From Gemmatimonadota bacterium (GTDB lineage: Bacteria; Gemmatimonadota; Gemmatimonadetes; Gemmatimonadales; GWC2-71-9): a stretch of 64,000 nt of DNA. The notes beneath the pieces were generated by a model. It was given only the letters and a program-made list of their open reading frames with translations, did not search any database and was not told the DNA's origin. How positions within the stretch are numbered: the stretch's first letter is position 1; each line of letters begins with the position of its first letter. Below are positions 58,354 through 64,000 of the stretch, in pieces. Made by a program: the position numbers and the translations under genes. The DNA lies in the NCBI GenBank assembly GCA_016874005.1, contig VGVQ01000011.1, forward strand, positions 48,415 through 112,414. Direction: 5' to 3'.

Positions 58354-59649
58354 ATGCTCGCTTCGGTCCATTCCCGGCCGGCCCCGCTGGCGTGGGCGGC
58401 GCTGACACTCGGACTCGCCTTGCCCGCCGCTCACCGGTCGGCCCAGGCGCAGGACAAACCGGTCGTCATTCGCGGCGGGACCGTCCTGCCCATCAGCGGA
58501 CCCGCCATTCCCAACGGCACCGTGGTGCTCCGGGGCGGCAAGATCGCCGCGGTGGGCGCCAACGTCCCGGTGCCGGCGGGTGCCACCGTCGTCGACGCCA
58601 GGGGCCGTTACGTCATGCCCGGCGTGGTCGACGCGGCCTCGCACATCGGGATCGGGGCCACCGACCTCAACGAGACCAGCGATCCGATGACGCCGGGGCT
58701 CCGCGCCATCGAGAGCTACAACCCGTTCGGCGAGTTCGGCGCGGGGCAGCCCGGGCCGCTCCGGAACAAGGAGGCGCTCTCCGGCGGCGTCACCACCATG
58801 TACATCGCCCCGGCCGACGCCTCGCTCTTGGGCGGCCAGGGCGCGGTGGTCAAGACCGCGGGCCCCGACCTCGACGGCGTCATCGTTCGGGAACCGGCGG
58901 CCATCGACATGACGTTAGGCACCCCGCCCAAGACCGCCGCTCGGGCCCGGAACCGCGACCCGGCCACCCGGATGGCCGAGGTGGCGATGCTCCGGCAGCT
59001 CCTGATCAAGGCCCAGGAGTATCGCCGCAACAAGCAGGCGAACCCCACCCTGGCCCGCGACCTCGGGATGGAAGCGCTCGACCGGCTGCTCTCCCGGGAA
59101 ATCCCGGGCCGGATCCAGGCCAACGCCGCCACCGACATCCGCTCGGCGCTCCGGCTGGCCCAGGAGTTCGGCTTCGACCTGATCGTCGACGGCGGCGCCG
59201 GGGCCTGGGAGATGAAGGACGAGCTGGCGGCCCGCCGGGTCCCGGTGGTCTTGGGCCAGGTCTCCCATCCCTACGTCAGCAACGAGGAGATCCCCGATAC
59301 CCAGGATTATCCCCCGGTCGACGAGCGCCTCGCCTCCCGGCTGACCGGAGCGGGGATCAAGACCGCCATTGCCACCTTCTCACGGGCGTTCGGTTCGTTG
59401 GCGCCAGCCGGAACCGGCAAGTGGCTTTTGATCGACGCCGGGATCGCCGCCGGGTTCGGGATGACCGAGGACCAGGTCTTGAAGGCCGTCACCCTGATTC
59501 CCGCCGAGATCCTCGGGGTGGCGGAGCGGGTCGGCAGCCTCGAGGTCGGGAAGGACGCCGACGTGGTGATTCTCGATGGGCCGCCGCTCAGCGTGAAGAC
59601 TTGGGTCCGCCAGGTGTACCTGAACGGTGAGCTGGTTTACCAGAAATGA
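58354..59649 (+). CDS. Secreted amidohydrolase paralog with degenerate metal ligands
   Basis: Same fold markers (GGVTT, GSLEVGKDAD) but DAASHIG, IDMTLG, RIQAN and VDGG replace the ligand positions. Confidence 0.78.
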   Translation: MLASVHSRPAPLAWAALTLGLALPAAHRSAQAQDKPVVIRGGTVLPISGPAIPNGTVVLRGGKIAAVGANVPVPAGATVVDARGRYVMPGVVDAASHIGIGATDLNETSDPMTPGLRAIESYNPFGEFGAGQPGPLRNKEALSGGVTTMYIAPADASLLGGQGAVVKTAGPDLDGVIVREPAAIDMTLGTPPKTAARARNRDPATRMAEVAMLRQLLIKAQEYRRNKQANPTLARDLGMEALDRLLSREIPGRIQANAATDIRSALRLAQEFGFDLIVDGGAGAWEMKDELAARRVPVVLGQVSHPYVSNEEIPDTQDYPPVDERLASRLTGAGIKTAIATFSRAFGSLAPAGTGKWLLIDAGIAAGFGMTEDQVLKAVTLIPAEILGVAERVGSLEVGKDADVVILDGPPLSVKTWVRQVYLNGELVYQK

Positions 59650-59788
59650 AGGCTCGCCCGCGACTCGGCTATTGGTTGCCCCGGCTCAACACCGCCGCCC
59701 CGGACCCACCGGGGATCGGCGGTCGCGATTGGCGCCGCTGTCGCTGGTAGTAACGACCTCCTTCACTCGAACCTCGGGCAACCACACC

Positions 59789-60883
59789 ATGTGCCTCATT
59801 CGCGCCGACAACATCGGCTCCATGCTCCGTCCACCAACGCTGCTGGCCGCGCGCCAGCAGCACGCCAATGGCTCCCTCGACGATCGGGCTCTCCGGGAAG
59901 CGGAGGACCGGGCCGTCGACTTCTGTATCGCGGTGCAGGAGCTCACCGGGATCGGCGTCGTCACCGACGGCGAGATGCGCCGGAACGTCTTCGCGTCCAG
60001 TCTCGCGCAAGCGGTCGAAGGGTTCGGTCCGGTCGCCGGCAACACGGTCGACTGGTTCACCATGGAGGGGAAGAAAGAAACCAGCCCGGTCACCGTCGGG
60101 CTCACCAGCAAGATGAAACGGAAGCGGCACCTGTCGTCGGAGGAGTTCGTCTACCTCCGGGCCCAGACCCGCCGCCCGACCAAGATCACCATCCCGAGCC
60201 CCACGATGTACGCCTACTACTGGGTCCCCGGGGTCAGCACCGCCGCCTATCCCACCACCGCGGCGTACCTCGCGGATGTCACCGACATTCTCCGCGATGA
60301 GGTCGAGGAGTTGGTTCGGCTCGGCTGCGACTACATCCAGTTCGACGCGCCCGAGTTCGGGATGGTGCTCGATCCCCACCAGCAGGCCTGGTTCGCGAGC
60401 AAGGGTTTCGATCCGAAACGTCTGGTGCACGACGGGATCGAGATGATGAACGCGATCATGAAAGGCTACCACGACCGGTGCACCTTCGGCCTCCACGTCT
60501 GCCGGGGGAACGACGCCAACCGGTACATGGGGAAGGGCGGCTACGCCGCCATCGCGGAGGAGATCCTCCGCCGAACCGACGCCAAGGTGCTCCTTCTCGA
60601 GTACGACGACGAGCGGAGCGGCGATTTCTCGCCGTTGGGACGCACCGCCGAGGACAAGATTGTCTGCCTTGGGCTGATCACCACCAAGCGCCCCCGAGAA
60701 GAAACAGAGGTGGAGGTCATCGCCCGGATCCACGAGGCGGCCAAGTACCTGCCGCTCGACCGGCTGACCTTGAGCACCCAGTGCGGCTTCGCCTCGGTGG
60801 CCAAGGGCAACAACATCCCGTTCGAGCTTCAGGAGCGAAAGCTCGCCCTGGTGGCCCGAGTGGCCAAAGCTGTGTGGGGCTAG
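59789..60883 (+). CDS. Cobalamin-independent methionine synthase II-like (single-barrel MetE/YxjH family) Zn protein
   Basis: ATG 59789; IGSMLRP, VTDGEMRR, YIQFDAP, Zn ligands LHVCRGN, LLEYD, STQCGFAS. Confidence 0.85.
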   Translation: MCLIRADNIGSMLRPPTLLAARQQHANGSLDDRALREAEDRAVDFCIAVQELTGIGVVTDGEMRRNVFASSLAQAVEGFGPVAGNTVDWFTMEGKKETSPVTVGLTSKMKRKRHLSSEEFVYLRAQTRRPTKITIPSPTMYAYYWVPGVSTAAYPTTAAYLADVTDILRDEVEELVRLGCDYIQFDAPEFGMVLDPHQQAWFASKGFDPKRLVHDGIEMMNAIMKGYHDRCTFGLHVCRGNDANRYMGKGGYAAIAEEILRRTDAKVLLLEYDDERSGDFSPLGRTAEDKIVCLGLITTKRPREETEVEVIARIHEAAKYLPLDRLTLSTQCGFASVAKGNNIPFELQERKLALVARVAKAVWG

Positions 60884-61039
60884 CGATACCCGGCTCGCGA
60901 GGGGGCCGTGTCAAGATGACACGCACCCCTCCGACCTGTGTCGTTCCATCATCTCGGAGGCCGCTCAACATCCCCGAAACCGCTTGATTTGGGCCCCCCG
61001 GGCGGGCGCGACAGGTGCTCTTGGGACCAGTCGGCCCTC

Positions 61040-61089
61040 TTGCGAACCGGCGCTTCGAGTGCCATTATTGTATACACCGTTGGACACAA
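61040..61089 (+). promoter_or_regulatory. Sigma-70-like promoter (TTGCGA-17-CATTAT, extended -10) with two operator-like words TTGTATACAC and TTGGACACAA
   Basis: -35 at 61040-61045, TG at 61060-61061, -10 at 61063-61068; operators at 61068-61077 and 61080-61089. Confidence 0.55.
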
Positions 61090-61178
61090 TTCTTTGGTTG
61101 AGCCGGTCAAGGATCACCTTGGCCATGCCGGATAGCGTTTTAGAGCTAGTTCATCGAAACTCTCGCACGGGAGGACGT

Positions 61179-64000
61179 ATGGTCCAGCAGGTCGTGTGGG
61201 CGGTCGGTCGATGGCGCGCGGTCGCGGGGGCGGTGGTTGCCGCCCTGGCGCTGGCGTTGCCGTCGGGCCTATCCGCTCAGCAGGGGAGTGTAGCCGGAAC
61301 GGTGGTCGATGCCAAGACGGGTCGGGCCCTTGCCGATGCCACAGTGCGGGTCGAGGGCACCGAGCTGGGTGCTCGGACCGGGACTCGGGGTGATTTCCGG
61401 ATCACCGGGGTGACCGGCTCGACCTTGAGCCTCCGGATCACCCGGATCGGGTACCAAGCGATGACCGTATCGGCCAACAACGGCGATCAATCGCTTCGCA
61501 CCGCGATGAACGAGCTGGTGGTCAAGCTGGACGAGCTGGTCGTGACGGGTACCGCCGGCGAAGCCTCCAAGCGGACCGTCGGTAATGCGGTCGGCAACGT
61601 TCAGGTGGCCAACACCCTGCAGTTGGTCGGGCCGCCGGCCAAGGTCCAGGACCTCCTCTCGGTCAACGTACCGGGTGTCCGGATCATGCGGGCCTCGGGC
61701 GCCATCGGCACGGGTGGAACCACCCGTATCCGAGGCTCAGGCAGCTTGAGCTTGTCGAACGAGCCGCTGATCTACATCGACGGCGTTCGGGCCAACAACC
61801 AGGCCGCGGTTCGGAGCTTCGGGTTCAACGGCCAGGAGAGTCCGTCCCGAATCAACGACCTGAACCCGGAAGAGATCGAGTCGATCGAGGTGCTCAAGGG
61901 CCCCTCGGCGGCCACGATTTACGGAACGGAAGCCTCGAACGGCGTGATCCAGATCATCACCAAGCGAGGCCGAGCGGGGCGTCCGACCATCGAAACCCAC
62001 ATGGATGCCGGCGCCAATTGGCTCGCCAATCCGGAAGGGCGCTATCCGGAGAACTACTACCTCCGCCGCGGCGGCGATTATCGTAACGCGGACGACATCA
62101 AGGTCTTCAACCCCCAGAAGTTCCAGGTCGAGAACAACATCCAGCGCCTCGGCGCCGATGGGAAGCTCCACGGGCCGGGGATCTTCACCACCGGCACGCC
62201 GATCGCGGCCGGCGCCAGCATCAGTGGCGGCAACGACCAGCTCCGCTACTTCTTCTCGAGCGACTTCAATCGGGACGAGGGTGCGGTGGACTACAACTGG
62301 CAGAACAAGTACGCCGGTCGGGCCAACCTGAGCTACTCGACCTCCGACAGCAAGTTCAAGATCGATCTGAGCTTGGGCGCGGTCCGGTCGCGCACCCGAG
62401 GTGCCTCGGGCACTCAGCCGGTGACCACCACCATCATGTGGGCCTGCAACTTCCCCTGGTGCGAGCCGAATCCGGCGAGCCCCACCACCACCGGGTGGAA
62501 CGGCGCCGGGCATGGGTTCCAGTTCTATCGGCCCGAGGATTACTACGGCGTCGAAGGGTTCGACAACATCGATCGGACCACCTTCAGCCTTCAGCTCAAT
62601 CACCGGCCGTTGTCGTGGCTCCGCCACCGCCTCACCATCGGTCCCGACTTCACCAACAACAAGTCGTCGCAGCTGGTCTATCGCGACCCGACCGGGTACA
62701 ACCCGTTCTTCGCTGCGAGTTTGGGCCAGAAGCAGTCGATGGGCCTGCGGAGCACATTCCTCACCATCGATTACGGCGCCAACGCCGATTGGAACGTCTC
62801 CAAGAACCTGATCGCCTCGACGGCGGCCGGGGTCCAGTACTACTACAAGCAGTTCGATCAGCAGATCTCCCAGGGCTTCGAGTTCCCGGTCCCCGGTCCC
62901 GGCGACGTGGGCAGCGGCGCCCGCCGCGATGCCATCGAGACCTTCCAGGAGAACAAGACCTTCGGCCTCTACGCTCAGGAGCAGTTGGCGTTCAAGAACC
63001 GGCTGTTCCTCACCGCGGCCCTTCGAGCCGACGGCAACTCGGCTTTCGGGGCCAACTTCGAAGCGGCGTATTATCCCAAGTTCAGCTTCTCCTGGGTGCT
63101 GTCCGACGAACCGTTCATGGCCAACTCAGGCCTCTTCTCGCAGCTCAAGCTGCGGGGCGCCTGGGGCAAGGCCGGTCTCCAGCCTGACGTGTTCTCCGCC
63201 ATTCAGACCTACGGCGCCGCGGTGGGCTCCCTCGGCCTGGGCGGCGTGACCCCGCGGAACTTCGGTAACCCGGACCTGAAGCCCGAGGTCGGGGTCGAGA
63301 CCGAGGTCGGGTTCGATGCCGGCCTGTTCGATCAGAAGCTCGGCGTCGAGTTCACGTTCTACAACAAGGACATCGAAGACGCCATCATCTCGGCGCCGCT
63401 CAAACCCTCACGCGGCTTCCCCGGGGTCCAGTTCCTCAACATCGGAAAGACCCGGAACCGTGGCATCGAGCTGGCGCTCGATGGCTCGCCGGTCAACAAG
63501 AAGAGCTGGGGCGTCGATCTCCGCGGCACCATCGCCACCAACAGCAGCGAGATCGTGACGCTCGGCGAGGATATCGCTCCGATCTTCGTGGGCTCGAGTT
63601 TCATCCAGCAGTGGAACGTGCCCGGCTACGCGCCGAACGCGTTCTTCTACCGTAAAGTCCTCAGCGCCGATCTGACCACCTCGACCGTGGCTGGCCTGTG
63701 GACCTTGCCGTCGGCCACCAACGCGCTGTGCGAGGGCGGCGCTCTGATTCCGGGGACCAATCTCTCGGCTGGCGGTGGCGCGGCGGTTCCCTGCTCCCAA
63801 GCGCCGTTGATCTACGCTGGCCGGCCCACGCCGTCGTGGAACGGCTCCTTCAGCGCCACGATTCGAGTGGGCTCGCGGCTCCGGATTCTCGGCTTGGTCG
63901 ACTACGTCGGTGGACACCACGCCGCCGTCGGCGACGTCGGGGCCCAGCACACCTTCTTCCGCAACTCCCTCGAGTCGATCCGCGGCAACCCGATCGTCGA
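61179..64000 (+). CDS. Third SusC/RagA-type TonB-dependent receptor, 3'-truncated by the window edge (absent from the ORF track)
   Basis: GGGAGG then ATG 61179; MVQQ..signal peptide..QGSVAGTVVDAKTG; LDELVVTG; DLNPEEIESIEVLKGPSAATIYGTEASNGVIQIITKRG; GNPDLKPE; no stop seen before the window end. Confidence 0.9.
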   Translation, partial: MVQQVVWAVGRWRAVAGAVVAALALALPSGLSAQQGSVAGTVVDAKTGRALADATVRVEGTELGARTGTRGDFRITGVTGSTLSLRITRIGYQAMTVSANNGDQSLRTAMNELVVKLDELVVTGTAGEASKRTVGNAVGNVQVANTLQLVGPPAKVQDLLSVNVPGVRIMRASGAIGTGGTTRIRGSGSLSLSNEPLIYIDGVRANNQAAVRSFGFNGQESPSRINDLNPEEIESIEVLKGPSAATIYGTEASNGVIQIITKRGRAGRPTIETHMDAGANWLANPEGRYPENYYLRRGGDYRNADDIKVFNPQKFQVENNIQRLGADGKLHGPGIFTTGTPIAAGASISGGNDQLRYFFSSDFNRDEGAVDYNWQNKYAGRANLSYSTSDSKFKIDLSLGAVRSRTRGASGTQPVTTTIMWACNFPWCEPNPASPTTTGWNGAGHGFQFYRPEDYYGVEGFDNIDRTTFSLQLNHRPLSWLRHRLTIGPDFTNNKSSQLVYRDPTGYNPFFAASLGQKQSMGLRSTFLTIDYGANADWNVSKNLIASTAAGVQYYYKQFDQQISQGFEFPVPGPGDVGSGARRDAIETFQENKTFGLYAQEQLAFKNRLFLTAALRADGNSAFGANFEAAYYPKFSFSWVLSDEPFMANSGLFSQLKLRGAWGKAGLQPDVFSAIQTYGAAVGSLGLGGVTPRNFGNPDLKPEVGVETEVGFDAGLFDQKLGVEFTFYNKDIEDAIISAPLKPSRGFPGVQFLNIGKTRNRGIELALDGSPVNKKSWGVDLRGTIATNSSEIVTLGEDIAPIFVGSSFIQQWNVPGYAPNAFFYRKVLSADLTTSTVAGLWTLPSATNALCEGGALIPGTNLSAGGGAAVPCSQAPLIYAGRPTPSWNGSFSATIRVGSRLRILGLVDYVGGHHAAVGDVGAQHTFFRNSLESIRGNPIV

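Noticed and set aside
2121-58919. GTTAGG words as telomere-like or tandem repeats
   Set aside because: All copies are isolated, not tandem, and nearly all lie inside reading frames; reported instead as a dispersed motif.
59650-59788. Known SAM, SAH or cobalamin riboswitch
   Set aside because: Conserved cores of these classes were not recognisable; kept only as a low-confidence structured-leader candidate.
705-59789. Long N-terminal extensions in the ORF track (705, 8001, 13157, 17531, 21874, 29539, 37297, 38058, 39716, 49498, 54627, 55046, 58108, 59627) read as fusions
   Set aside because: Extensions overlap neighbouring genes or intergenic DNA and are low-complexity; better starts with RBS, ATGA coupling or signal peptides lie downstream.
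435-63950. Many long overlapping or antisense ORFs in the track (e.g. 5170-7599, 10917-13808, 20250-22196, 46744-49410, 50317-52128)
   Set aside because: Arg/Gly/Pro-rich shadow frames typical of ~69% GC DNA, lying over genes with clear family motifs, and with no motifs of their own.
1-64000. CRISPR array, IS/transposase, prophage, rRNA
   Set aside because: No regularly spaced repeats, transposase/integrase motifs, phage structural genes or rRNA-like sequence were seen.

Overview
High-GC (roughly 69% by eye) bacterial chromosomal window. Gene content (SusC/SusD-type TonB-dependent pairs, many secreted S9 peptidases and amidohydrolases, an ADOP-type permease remnant) suggests a Gemmatimonadota-like diderm; this is inference. 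Most of the window is peptide, amino-acid and amide catabolism: S9 peptidases, N-acyl-D-amino-acid deacylases, a kynurenine-route tryptophan cluster, three SusC-like receptors (two with SusD partners in the window), amidohydrolases and aminotransferases. The highlight is a lasso-peptide cluster with all four core genes (RRE/B1, B2 protease, cyclase, precursor). Its 40-aa precursor (10220-10342; core GGWTWQDIEVMSKRGCGSGN) is missing from the ORF track. The cluster has no adjacent exporter and is followed by a membrane hybrid histidine kinase with a compositionally atypical sensor domain, an agr-like layout. Other signals: a CruR/DUF2946-like leader ORF ahead of a copC - BNR - Tat-exported isonitrile-hydratase-like operon; a PhlABC-like HMGS-fold/DUF35 plus thiolase pair; a shared TTGTATACAA-type operator upstream of all three SusC genes; a GTTAGG/CCTAAC hexamer that accounts for most TTAG/CTAA words; two gene remnants; and one tRNA-Ala(UGC). 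No CRISPR array, transposase, integrase or rRNA was seen.
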